Source: Daphnia carinata | Lineage: Eukaryota | Length of the DNA: 64,000 bases | Reading direction: 5' to 3' | Assembly (NCBI RefSeq): GCF_022539665.2 | Contig: NC_081331.1 | Coordinates: 6,758,001 to 6,822,000, forward strand | The notes under the pieces: model-generated | What the model saw: the letters and a program-made list of their open reading frames with translations, nothing else | What the model was told of the DNA's origin: nothing | Database searches by the model: none | Part shown: one piece after another, positions 22,203-35,541 of the stretch | Layout of the letters: each line of letters begins with the position of its first letter | How positions within the stretch are numbered: position 1 is the first letter of the stretch | Translations under genes and position numbers: made by a program

Positions 22203-22734
22203 TTTTTAGAGTTAGGGAGAGCTCCTGTAGCTGAAATGGATTTTCTGAGAAGTCACAATAAACTGTTGATCCAAAAGGAATGAGATCTCCTTTTTATACT
22301 TGTCGCATGGGACGATACATGCGATTTCACAAGTGTAATTGCACGTCATGTTGGGTTACTTTCGCAAACTTTTCTTTAGATACGGCGAGATTTATGAGTT
22401 TTACATTCGCTTCGCTGGTTCCATTCGATCTACAATTTGCGTTATCATTTTGAAGGCTTCAAGAAGCATTTATAAAATGGAGTAAGGCCGTATGGAAGAG
22501 AAACTTCCCGTGGAAAATTGGAAAACGCCAATTTCGCAAAACTTACACTTTCCGTTTTACTTTTTGTATCTCACGACATGAGATGCAATAGATTTGACCT
22601 ATTTGACACGAGTCAAAGTAGAAGAAATCTGTGGACTACTAGTTATTACTTTGACCAATTGTGACAGGCATCCTTACGAACATACAGTATATCTACAGTT
22701 ATGCTGATGTAGACGATCGGCGTGATTACTTTGT

Positions 22735-23060
22735 TAATCGGGACGGGGCGTGTAAAAAACATGGGTTACCCCGGAAGCATCGACTCCATTTTCAAAAATG
22801 GAGGTTTTAGCAGTTTCGGGTTAGAAATGGGGCTACAAAGTAGAGTAGGCGGATTAATTTGGCATAACCGGGGCAATCAGAATCAAAGTAAAAAAATTGG
22901 GGCGCTAACAGCACTTGCCTGCAGCACCGGCTCTACCACCGTACTGTATCGAAAATCTCGTACTGCATCGAAAATCTTTGCACCGAACGTCCCCTATCCC
23001 CTTTTTTCGGTGAGGGTTTGCGGTGTCCCCGATTTGATTGAAATCGGGGCCGAGCCTTAA
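22735..23060. repeat. GC-richer island upstream of BIN3 with AATCGGG(G) motifs; possibly related to the 8.7-kb island
   Basis: Hairpin ccccgattt-gattg-aaatcgggg at 23027-23049; ends aatcggggccgagc, similar to aatcggggcgaac at the end of the 8.7-kb island. Confidence 0.25.
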
Positions 23061-23231
23061 CTGATAGTCTGACACATCTTGTAGTCATTGAATTCTGTTT
23101 GCATTCGCTAGATGGCGGAAAGGATGACAATAATATTTGGCGATAAGTTCTCGACTGCTTTTATTTTTTCCTGGTTTCAAGATAAGACCTACTGACTAAA
23201 TACTGCAATATTTTGCAATATTATCTTCATT

Positions 23232-24162
23232 ATGAACTGGTAAAACTCGTCATAAAGTAATATTGATTGATAAATTGAAGCATTTTTATTTGCAGGGGCT
23301 TGAAGAGAAATCACCTTCATTCCAGGCCATCCCCTTCAGGTGGAATGTGCACAATAGCTGAAGAGGCTGACATAGATTATGCATTTCTCCGACTTCAAAA
23401 GTAATCAAATTAGATTCCTGCATGTTGAAAAGGGGTACTAAATTTCACATTTTCATGTTTTACAGATTAGAGGAAACCAATAGGACTGTTCAAAAAGAGT
23501 GCAAGAATTTAAGAGATTCCTTTTCAGCTTTAGCCCGCTCTGAGCAAAAGCTAACTGCAGGCCTATCGTCAAGCAACCAAGTATATGAGGAAGAAACTTT
23601 CAGAGCCCTAGTTGAAGAATATCACTCAGTTACTAAGCAGATGAGTGATTCATCCAAACAATTTTCAGATATAGTACAAATAACTGTAAATGATCCCTTA
23701 AAAAAGCTTGCCACTGAGTTTGGAAGTGCTCAAGGAGCTATTAAGAAACGAGATCAAATGATAACTGATTTACTCCCTGTTCGAAGGCAACTAGAAAAGA
23801 TGAAAGACAAGGAGAGAACAGGAACTAACATTGCAAGAACTGAACAGCTGAAACGTTCCTTAGCTGTGATGGAGGGTGAGTTTAAGGGAACAAACAAGCA
23901 GCTGTTGTATGATATGAACACCATGTTGGAACTGAGAGCAGATTATATTGAGCCATCTCTGTTGGCATTAATACGAGCCGAAACTAATTACTATGGAGAG
24001 TGCACAAAACTGTTCAATTCTTTGGTTCTACACAGTGATACTAGTCCTTATAGAACTTCTACAAGAGTGACGAAAAGCGAACCTGCTGCGTCAGAGCTGG
24101 AAGCCCGATTCAATCAAGACATGCAAGCTATACGAGCACTCTCGATCGTTGCTGATAAATAA
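23232..24162 (+). CDS. BIN3: Bridging integrator 3 (BAR-domain-only protein), 269 aa
   Basis: Exons 23232-23239 (ATGAACTG), 23296-23400, 23466-24162 (810 nt). Helical BAR domain (LQKLEETNRTVQKE..., DPLKKL, AIKKRDQ, EKMKDKERTG, RADYIEPSLLALIRAE) and C-terminal IRALSIVADK typical of BIN3; no SH3 domain. Confidence 0.88.
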
Positions 24163-24515
24163 ACTATGTATTCCCTGAAACGTAACAGTCCATCCAGTGC
24201 ATCCAGTATACCTATTAATGTTTTATAGGATTTTAATCTTCAGAGTTGATTATGAAATTCTTTTGGAAATATATAATACAATTGTAAACTTTTGTACGTC
24301 ATTCACCGAATCGTTATTAGAAAGTGTTTCTCGTATACCAACATGAAGCGTTACACACTGAAACATGAGATTATATAATCTTGATTAACATAATCAAGAA
24401 TTACTTTTGAGCAGATAAAACTACTCTAATAAATTAGGTAATATAAATGAATTCGTCGATAAATAGAGATTAAATGTATGGCTATGGCAATCCGTTTTAC
24501 TCAGAAAAAAAAATT

Positions 24516-25284
24516 CCGAATATTTCTGCTGCATCCTAGCGCTGTAGCGTACTGGCGCGCTAGCATTGTCAAATATTCGGTGTATTTCGAAAACGATTAA
24601 CTTAGCGACAAAAATTGCAATTTCCCCGGAACCAACATTCAATTTTGAGTATATGCTGTGATATTCAACCAATTCTGATGAGTGTCAGTTTTTGCAGAAA
24701 AAATTTTTAAGCCCGACTTAATAAGCCCGACTTTTCTTATTTTGTCGTTTTTTCCGCTTAATTTAAAAACCACAAGGCCAATTGAAAAATAAATTTGATT
24801 TCCTTGGTAAGCCTTCAGTTCTGAATCGAAATCATGTATTTTAAGCGAAATTTAGAATTTAGCCAAAATTGAAAAAGTGCAAAGGCTATAGCCTTCCCAC
24901 TTTTGTCAAAATCGGCCAAAAATGACATCTTTTGGAATTCGATGAAAATCACACAGCATAATCAAAATTAAACGCTGATTCAGAAAAAGCCATTCGTTTT
25001 CTTGTCAAGTTAGCCGTTTTTTTAATTACACCGAATATTCGTGCAAAAATAAGAAAAGTCGGGCTTATACTTAGTCGGGCTTAACATTTTTTTCTGCAAA
25101 AACCAGCACTCTTCGGTATTGGTTGAATATCACAGGATATACTCAAAATTGAATGCTGATTCCGATAAAACTGTTATTTTTTTTTTTCGTTTAGTCAACC
25201 GTTTTGGAAATACACAGAATATTTTTGCTGCATCGCGCTAGTGCTGTGGCGTACTGGCGCGCTAGCATTGTGTCAAATATTCGG
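24516..25284. mobile_element. Foldback/MITE-like element with ~175-bp inverted arms and duplicated terminal hairpin cassettes
   Basis: Arm 24571-24744 is an imperfect reverse complement of arm 25044-25224 (both carry tandem taagcccgact and tcaattttgagtatat...gtgatattcaacca). A ~65-bp hairpin cassette occurs as a direct repeat at 24516-24580 and 25217-25284. No coding capacity. Confidence 0.75.
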
Positions 25285-25674
25285 TTCATATAGCCTTCCA
25301 TATAGTGAAATACTTTCAGATTCTTCAAAAATAGATCCGTTTCAATAATATGCCTGATAATTATGCTTAGTTAAAATACAATTGAACCATCTTCTATTTT
25401 GTTCTATTCCACCTATTTTTGAAGACTCGTTATTTTTGAAGAGGGGTAAAACGTATTGCCACATGCCATATGTATCTGGCAATTTCCTAATCTCGCATAT
25501 AGAAATTTCTCGTTGCACGAACTGGTGTATATTTTTCTTGTTAGATGTCGTTAGATTGAATTTTCTTGCAAAAATTGTAAGGGAATAAAGGACTTAAAAA
25601 AAAAAAAAAAAAATGCTAGAAACCCTTTACTCATTCCCCTCCATGTGAATATTAAATTGTGACATGTAAGTTAA

Positions 25675-25858
25675 TGTTACGAGCGGTGGCGGCAGGAGTG
25701 TGATACCAATCTCGTTTCAAATACCATAGTCGAGATGGGAGAACGAAGGACCTCGTCGCATATATGTATGAGAAGTAATGTCTCACCCAAAGGGATGCTC
25801 CGGCTTGTTGGTCTGATCGTGCTAGGCAAACTGGCAGCGTGCCGGCCGTCGCATGACA
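25675..25858. mobile_element. Possible solo LTR or short MITE (TGT...ACA, 184 bp)
   Basis: GC-richer island starting tgttacgagcggtggcggca and ending tgccggccgtcgcatgaca (imperfect terminal inverted repeat); flanks gttaa/tttac are not an exact target-site duplication. Confidence 0.3.
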
Positions 25859-28800
25859 TTTACCACGTTTAAAGTTGATATGCAAATGAAAGTCGTGGGG
25901 TTTAGACTGAAAAGTTATGACAAGTTTCAAAAGCGTTGTTTCCCTTCGTGCTCGTAGCCACTATAGATGACTCGACATCTCGCAGCACTTCTTCCTTCCT
26001 CGGAGTTTCCCCTTCGCTATATCCATCAACGGCGTGCAAATACAAAGTGCTGGTATCATGCCCTCGTACTGTGCCCAACGCTCTACAGTTTGCAATGATT
26101 CCCAAAGGAAACAATAAATATAAAAATTTAGATGGAATAAAGTCAAACTGTAACCTCAAGAAGAAAAATCGACCTAAGTTTAAGTTGGTTAGTACATTAG
26201 AAATGATTGCCAAAGCCAACCGCATCTTATGCGCCAACATGTAGCAATTGTAAAATCTGATACAAAAAGGAAATTAAATTTTTAGTTTACTCAACGTCTA
26301 GAAGCTGTAGCATATTAGTGTATGTTTTGATGGAAATGAAACAGCTGCTATAAAAATATTGAGTGTAATTCCCTCCAAGAGGCTATATAATAAAGAGGGT
26401 ACGGTGTAACGCGGACAATCAAAATAGAGCTGCCAACTCGTTACTGTCGTGCCAAGCGTTAAAGTGAATCTTTTCGATACGGAACTATGGACTAAAAAAA
26501 TGCCGCCGACTCTGTGCTTTGCCCACTGAACTGCGTTGAACTTTCACAGTCCGCTTCTACTGTAAGGCTGTGCCGCTAACGCGCAAACTAGGGGGGTAAA
26601 AATGCACGGTTAAAAATGAGAAGGGTGCGCTATACTCAACCAAACCTTTAACCGGTGCTCTAGTCACATATTAGCTACAACTGCAACAATACCATTCCAC
26701 CCGTATGGTATACAAGAGTATTGTCTTATCCTCATTATATACTGAGTAACCCCAACTGATGAGTGTGACCGACATTTCGGCTCGTAAAAATGTTATAACG
26801 AACCTCGTAGCCGACGTGTGTGTGTGTGTGTGTGTGTAGACGTCAGTGCTAAGCAAAGACTCGATCCACCAATGTGTTTTACGTTTGAAGGTATACGCAT
26901 GTACGGCTGCGCAACAACAGCAGGGAGGGAAAGCTTTCGCGGATGCAGTTTGAGGTTGTTTATAGGCACCGGAATTTCCGCCCCTTTTTCTTTTCTTATA
27001 GCCGCTGTGATCGAACAACACCGGCTTCCGAAAGAGTTTAGGCCCTGGCTTCTATACGCTTTAGAGTTTTTAATTACAAGATTAGTACCGACTGGCTGTT
27101 TCATCGATTGTTTCAATTGAGGGATATAGGGGTGAAGGGTAATACTAACAATCTGTCAGAAGTGATTAATAACAAGCCCGATCGTTAAAGTTGAAGGTTT
27201 ACGCAGGTAATAACTCGAATGAATTCTCCGTGCATGTCGATCAACTGTCGGCTGTTTATTTTCCCTCTTACATCGGAAACCAGTACTTGGATATTAAAAA
27301 CACTAAACCTTTTTATGTGAAAATAGATAGAGACCAACATTTGTAAACGGCACGTACTTGCTGATGAGACTACATGTAATCCATTGTGGAAACTAGAATG
27401 TAAAAACCTTGTTATGGAGTTACATTTGATCACATTCGATGGCGATACACCTACTAACTGGTGAGTTTCGAACAATTTTTTGAGGATAAAAAGGAAAACA
27501 AAATTCACTGGAGCGGCGAGAAATTGTTTGAAGTGTTCCTGGTATTAAATCGAACAGTCAACGGCATAATGAACAATAAAGAAAGAAAATGGATGGAAAG
27601 GCGAACCAGAAAACGGGGCGTTTACATTGCATATAAAATCCATAAGTATTCAGGTAAATTCAATAACGCGGTCACACAAAGAAGAAAAAAAACACATTTT
27701 GGGGAATTTTTCTTCTTCCCACCTTAAGCAATGTTTACTTAGCTTCCACAACCGCCCTTTATCTAATGCTTCGTTATTAAGATCAAGAATAAAATTGATT
27801 GGAAGTTTTGAGGTTTTTTGTTTCGTTTGCCTCCTTTTTCTTTTTTTATTCCTCGTCTCTTGTTGTTCTGCGTCACTTAAACGGAACGACGGTGCGACCT
27901 TCCGCACGCGCAATAATACGTTTAAATATAGTGCAGCAGACAGGGTGGAAGCGAAGAGGAGGTGCGGCGTGTTATCAACGAATGAAATACAGCGGATTGG
28001 CCTGTCAGCCGACTGAATTTTATTTGACAGTGTTTTTTATGTGTATTTTTTCGAGACTTGTATACAACCACCGAAACTTAATGGCGTACCCAAACAGGAA
28101 GGACTATATACGTACAGACCCTATTAGATCGACGCAACTCATCGAGAGTGTGGATCTCGGGGGCGTGTCCGGCACATCTAAACAGCTCCCATCGCCCCTT
28201 CTGTCTTTCTCCGACAGGAACCAAAACAAAAAATGGATAGAGGAAAAAAAAAAAATAGCATTAAATTTATTTGAAAAAAAAGGAGGGAAGGAGCGTGTAA
28301 CTTATTAAAGCGTAGCCTCCGTTGGGCTGCCTGTGAAATCCACGTCGCCCGACAGACTTGAATCTATACTGGCGTTACACTATTAACAAGCTTGGTTGGG
28401 GAAAAAAAAAAATAAAACAAAAGAAGGACATACCCGCTTGTAATATATATTTAAAGAAAAAAAAAGGTGATAGTCATGTTGATGATGCTCGTCTTTCATT
28501 TCAAAGTGAATCCTTAAAAAAAAAAAGATGTACAGACAGTGAGCCGTTATTGCTTGCACAGCCAGCCGGAAGTAATTACAGAAGCTTTCGAGCAATTAAA
28601 AATTAAGACGAAAAAAAAAGGGAGAAATATAGAAAAGGAAATTAAAAAATAACAATGATAATAAAAACTCGTAAAAAGAAGAAACAAAGGTTGATATTTC
28701 AAGACATGTATATAGACAAACAAAAAGATTTGCGCTGTTATAATGTAATGTGTGGCGTGACATATCCTGTTTTGATGAAACTTAATGGTTTTCTCTGCGT

Positions 28801-31800
28801 TATTGTTTCGGTGGGCCTATTGTCGTGGGAAGAGTGGATGGTTTTCGTACGTGTACAATCATACCAGCGTGACGTCACGATGATGAACGATACGGGGCAG
28901 GCCGTATCGTCATCGCGTGTCGCATTGACATTCTTATTTTTTTTTCTTTTCCTTTTTTCTTTTTCTTTCCTATGTCTGCGGGACAAACGACTATCCTATC
29001 GTCCACAATCAGCCCGTTTCATCATTGGTCTTTTTTCTTTCCTCTCTCACTCTCCTTTTGCCCGCCATCAGCAAGAAGAAAAAGAGGGGCCTATAACCAC
29101 CGCCCGCTGGGCAGCTCGAACTCCGGCTGACTTGTCACACTTTTTCGAAAATGGTCATCGGGAGGGGGTATATATATGTATACATCAACGTGTGTATATA
29201 TGAGGGCTATGTGGTCAACAAAAAGGAAATATAATGTATACATACAGAGTATTATATCTTCTGCTTTTAAAAAACCAAAATAAAATATTTTTTTTTTAAT
29301 GTTTTAAAAGAAAAAAATAGCGAGAAAAAAAAATTATAATGGAACCATCGATGGTCTAGGGAGCTCCTCCTGCTGATCTAACCTCTGACCCAGGGTCTCC
29401 ATCTACGAATAACAACAGCTGCTGCTTTTGCTGCAAACATCCCTATATGCAAATGAGTGTTCAGAGCACCTCTGCTGGTATACAGGCAAAGAATAGACTA
29501 CACATAGGTATAGAACAACGATTGTGGGGGCGTTTTCATTCTTGACCTCCCGTGCCGACTGTTGGCTGCTGTTGGGGTTTTTGAAATTTTTTGGTGGTCC
29601 ACTAGCTACTCCCATCACACATAATCCCCCCTTCATATTTCTGTTCCCATGTCTGAATGCACATATATACTATATGTATACGCTATAGGTTGGTGTATTT
29701 TTCCTCATCAGCCTTGTGACACTATCCAAAGTTTTGCGCTGGCCCCCTTTTTCAAATGGCAGGAACCCATGCTGGACCCTGCTGGTGCCCGGCAATTTGT
29801 TATTTGATGGCTAACTTTGATACTGCTCTCGTATATGTACATACATAAGCGCCTTGTTGGGGGGGTGGTGACTCGACACATGTGAGACTGCGTGTTTCTC
29901 TGTGTTGAACCCAAAGCATCACGACAGGGCAGCTCATTCCGTCCCCAACAATTTCCATTTTGTCCTACCAGCACCTTTTTTTTTTTCTTTTCCTTCTTCT
30001 TCTTGAATTTGCTGCCCTGCTGGACGGTATAGGAAAAACATAAGGCAGGGGTATGTATCGACAGAGAGCGCTGGGAGGACCAGTAACTGCATGAGGCTGA
30101 TTGCTACCGAGATTGCAGGCGACATTCCACTGCATCATGAATAGCTTATAGGTTTATCGACCAGCAGATGCTTTTCCTGTGTTTGTGTCTATGTTTTGTG
30201 TACATGTGAGCGAGCCAGTGATTTGTAGTGTGGTTCGTATAGACTGAAGAAAAAAATGAACAGAGCTTGTTGCCTTGTACGACCACATAACAATGACAGC
30301 GACACTTTTTTGCCTTATTGTTTGTTGGAGAAGAAAAAAAATGTATTTTAAACATTTCGATAAATCTTTTGGCTTTTGCTGTGTCGTTTTATTTGATTTT
30401 TTTTTTCTAATATGTCCCGCGATGGATTATATGGCAGCAGCAGGCGAATAATCAAACGGTTCTTCAAATAAAACGTCTAAGGTTTTTTTTTGGAATAATA
30501 ACCACATCTCCCTATCCGGAATTTTAAATGTAAAAAAATACAGACAACGATGACAATCGAAATTGGCGAAACTTTCAAATCAAGATTCGATTTTTGCTCA
30601 TGTGGATGAAAAAGAAGAAGGATGTCTTCGACGATGGCAACGAATAAAAACTTGAAATCAAATCATTCGCCATAAAACATTCGATTCTTGCTTTTTTTTT
30701 TTTTAAAGGGGAAAAGAAGCAAATAAATATGACGAGATTTTGTGAAAATTCATTTCACGTTCCCTAAAACTAAAGGTAAAATAAATAAAAGGAGATAGCT
30801 AACTCAACTGCCATATCCAAGTCACACATAAGATGACAAACGAGCAGCGCGTGATGAAGGTTCACCATTCGTGGTCGCAAGCTACGTAACAGCCAGCGCA
30901 CGCTCTCGTCCGAAATGCAAGAGATAAGCCAAAAAAATAAAACAAAACAAAATAAAAAAAAAAGAAAAGGGCAAAAGAAAAAGTGTAAAAAATGACACGA
31001 AGAAACGTGAAAATGCTAATGGCCGTCAAGTGATAGCCATCAAACATGCTCAGTGTCCGTCTGAATGTATTATCGCTTTCAAACTGACAGAAGAAATGAT
31101 AATACATGCCCATAACGCTGCACACAGTATATACTGTATATATACATATAATCATACATTGTAGTCTATAATAACAGATAGATGAAGATGGAGAGAGAGA
31201 AAAAGTGTACGAATAATATCACTTGGGTGGTATAGGCTATCCACCGAAGGCAAAGAAAAAAAGGGACGTATGTATTTCGTATTATAAATCAGCTCTCTCT
31301 CTCTCTCTCTTTCTTTATGTAAAGCTAAGAGGGAAAAGTATTTTTTTTTTTTTGCCAATTGTTTGTGACTTGTCTGTGGGTTCAGGAGCAGCAGGAACGA
31401 AGGGGGGCAGACCCCTCAGCTGGATATGTCACAAGGTGCGGTTGGTGATCAGCCCACCGTGACAACCCAATGAAGTCAACGTCACTCTCACCTCCCTTAT
31501 TTTTTTTTTTTTTCTCTTCTTGCTCCTTTTTTTTTATCATGTTGTTTTTTTACCCTGCTGTGTTTTGTCCCTCCTGGTTGGTTGCTGCTGCATGTCGAGT
31601 AGATATCGTTTTCTTATCTCTTTATTTCCATCCCAACACATAACAGTAGGGGGTCAAATGCTGGCTGATTTTTCTTTTCTCTTATTCTTTTTCTTTCCCC
31701 TCTATTGAGTGGTGTATAATATTATATTTTCATTCTTCCAAATCTCTGCCTTCTGTCTCGTTTAAAATGGCATTTTTTTTTCTTCTTTGGTTAAATACGT

Positions 31801-34800
31801 AGGAAAAAAAGAGAAGGCCACGATTGTTATTACAAACTTTTTTTTTCCCTTCGGTATGGGGGGTGAGATTGTGTTCGTCAGTGACTGTGTAAAATCTACC
31901 AAGTGGACATGGTCGATGGAGCTCAGCAGGGAAATTGACCAGTTGCTTTGATACAGTCCATATGTCTACATCTAGTAGGCACGATGATGCGCTACATACA
32001 AACACTATACTAACTTTGCGGTATATAATATAACGCGCTTTGGTGTATATACAGTGCATCTGCAGAAATCGCATTGTATATAGCCTGTCCATTATTACAC
32101 TTCTTTTTAGAAATGGCTCCCCCTTTTTTCTTATTATATTGTATTCTTATATAACAAACTGTGAGATTAGCCAATTACTTTTTGGGGGGGGGGGGTTATT
32201 TTCAGGAAAAAAAAAGGGGGGCGCCAGCTTGTCCAGAAGTCTTTTCAGTATCATCAAATGTCTGTGTTGCTTTATTTATACTCGACCGGTGTAACAGGCA
32301 GCAGTAAATAGGCCTATACTGATGTTTAGTTTCTATGTATATACGGTGGTCTGTAGTATACGTAGTGTAATAGACACCGATAGAAATGTTTTGTTTGGGG
32401 TATTTTCCTCTCTTTTTACGTAATAATAGAGGATGTTTCTCAAGGGGATGAAGGCTTTAGGAGGTGGTCTATTCTTTGGCTCGTATAGCCGAGGGTGGTC
32501 TACCTTTTTATTTCTCATCTGCCTTTTTTCTTTTCTATCTGTTTCTTCGTTTAACCTTAAACGCATGCAGCTCTTCGCGGTTTTTTTTTCTTCATTAGTC
32601 TGTTGGTAAACGGTATAACTGTCTATGCGGGGTATACCGTCTATTAGGCTTCTCTGCAAACTCGGCAGAGACGTAATACGCTTGTAGAAAAGCAGAAGAT
32701 TGTGGTTTAAAAAAAAACATCAGAAAAAGATGGGCAGATGTTAGGCCGTGTCGACTTGACCCTTTTTAGCGCACGGCATCACGTCGGCTCCGGTCGTGAA
32801 GAAGCGAACTAAAAAAAAAAAAACATTTAAAAAGGCGCGAAATTACTTGGCTTCACTTTAAACAATACACTGAAACTGAGAGATTTATTGTCTTTCTTGC
32901 TTCAATACGTTGTTTTACAAAGTGAAACCGAATCCGGCAGTCAATTATAAAACTCCCCCCCCCGCACAATCGAGATCCCCCTGTGGTGACGGAAAGCGGC
33001 CGAATTTTCTTGTATCTCACGCCCTTTAAAAAATTCCATTTGCCAGTTGCCGTATTATTGCAGAGAAGTTACGAAACTTTCCCATATGAGTTGTCTATAA
33101 TATATAGATTGGATCATGAAAAGTCAGCCATTTTCGCTCTTGCCAATGACATTTCTGAGGCCAGATGGTGTCCGCGCTCACACATTTCCTTGTCAAAAAA
33201 AGGGGGCCTACAAACGGGAGGAACTCAAAAGTTCTTTGCTATAAACACGACGCACACAGAAGTGTACACAGTTCTTGTTACGATCCAGTCAGCAGGACAG
33301 AAGGTGACGTCCCGAGAGAATCAAAGAGAGATCGGTTTGGACTTGACCGAGTTTTTCTATAGGCCTATACGATATATGGGGATGTAATGGTACGTGCATG
33401 TAACTTCGTTTTTCCTAGTTTCAATGACAAGGGCCCACACTCCATTCATCAGCATCAGCTGGTCGTGTGCGACAGTTGACAGGACCAGACGTTTGCAACA
33501 ACTGCGCTGTAACACCGTGCCATACATAAATGGAGCGAGGGTGTAACATGACTTTCAAATTGAATTACATTTATCGATTCGACAAGTTGTGTGTTAGAGG
33601 AAAACGGCTAAAGAAAAACCATTAAGGAAAATGGCCACTACGCTCAATTGTTTTATTTATTTGCTATCGCGTTATTCGCCTTAACCTGTGCATTGTCCAA
33701 GATGAGCACAGTTTGTTATCATGCTTGAAGTTAATTAAAGTTAGAGAATGTATTTGAATTTTTACTGATCTAAGATGTTCGTGTTAGAATCTCGTGTAAG
33801 GCTATGCTGGTGTATTAAGAACTTGTAATGGAATCTGCTTGAGTACGTGTGAAACATTTGTTTTTGATTATTTTTAGCAACTAACAAAAAAAAAACCTAT
33901 CAAACATTCTTTCGCTAGAACGTTAAAAAACGAAAGGAGGAGCACGGAATTCCAATGCCCGTGTGTGCTGCGAGAAAAAAAACGTAAACGATGAAACAAT
34001 CCAACACTCTATAAATCGGGCTCGTTATAAATATAAATACAGCTAATGGGAGCGTTGCGTTGAAGAGACGCAAAGAGGTGAGAGAATAGAAGGTATGTAT
34101 AGATGTTATACAAGCTACACACACAAAAAAAAATGGAGAGCGAAAAGGCGCCATCGGCTTCATTGCACGTCAAAGGCGACGGTTGCGGGCGGCACTTTAT
34201 AAGAAACAACGGAGGAAAAAAATAGAAAAGGGGTCGACGGGGCCAAGATTGTTGCTCATCTATCTGCCGTAAATTAAAAAGCCGCAAGAGAGGAGAGAAA
34301 TGAAACCAAAATAAAGAAGAATCTTCTTAAAACAAAAAAACCAAGAAGAATAAGAAGGAGGAAAAAAAAAATGGTCTCACACCCGCTGACAAGTGGTTAA
34401 GTGTGAAGGGCCTTTGGCGGCGGCGGCGGCGGCAAGCGGCGGCGGCAACAGCGCAGCTGAGACCACACCGCCGCGCCGCCAGTAATGAATTGCACCGGCA
34501 TCATCAGAGCTGGCGAGATTTATGGATCGAATAAAATGTTGGCTAAAATAAAAGAAAACGAATAAAAATAATAACAACAACAACAAGACTACGAAAAGCA
34601 TTTTCTTTGAAGAAGAACAAAAAACAAAACATTCCTGACTCTTATATTTACACACACTGGGTAGGTATTCTTTTTTTTTTTTTTTCCAGCTGGCCTAACT
34701 TATTCGGGGCTTGGATTACGCTGTTTTTTTAATATATAATCAGTGCATCATCGCGCGGCCCCAACCTCAATTAACGCAGCAAGTTCTTACCCTGCGGGAT

Positions 34801-35504
34801 TGACCATCCCTGTACGCATGCACACATACACACACACACACAAACACTCACGCGGATATAAACACAGACACACCTTTTGGCGGCGTAATGGAAGAGAATA
34901 AATCATCGGAGGCCGACAACGGCGTGACAACACCAACCACTGACGTCATCACCGCTCTGATTTACTAATCGATTTTTGTTTTTTCAACCCTGGAAAACTC
35001 TTCGTATGCTCACCTTTTTGTGTTTTTTTTTTTTGTCTTGTACTTTATTTTTTGTTTCTTACCTTTCATTTTCAGAGTCTGGCGTTGATTCTTTTCCGCC
35101 TCCCTTTTTTTCCCTCCCATTTTAACTGGCCACCGGCTCTCTCACTCATCATCCCCCCCTTTTTCCATTTGACGGCTATTGAATGGTTCATCGCTGTGTT
35201 ACTCCATCGACACAAAGTCATCCTTACTGAAGGACGAGAGTAGTCGAAAAAAACGAAGAAAAGGATGATAATAAAACAATGGAGTCTATTACAAATCCTC
35301 CTTCTAGTAGCCAATTTAATTTTTTTTTTTCGTTTCGAAGAAATCTCATTCCTGTAGCTCGCGGTGAGCAGCATACACACCTTATAATTTGAAAGAGACC
35401 GCTCCGGCTTAATCGTCAATTTAACGGCGGGCCCACGGTGCCAAAACGGACAAGTGTAAAACGGGTTTCCAATCTTTTTCTTTTCTTCTTTTGTGTCTGC
35501 CCTT

Positions 35505-35511
<7 letters not shown>

Positions 35512-35539
<28 letters not shown>
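35512..35539. repeat. (CT)n microsatellite
   Basis: Uninterrupted tctctc run. Confidence 0.9.

Positions 35540-35541
<2 letters not shown>

Noticed and set aside
23422..23465. ORF-track start of the 246-aa BAR protein
   Set aside because: It lies in intron 2 (23401-23465); the likely start is the ATG at 23232.
27340..27410. Hammerhead-like CTGATGA...GAAAC
   Set aside because: No closing G-C pair for stem II and no complementary strand for stem I.
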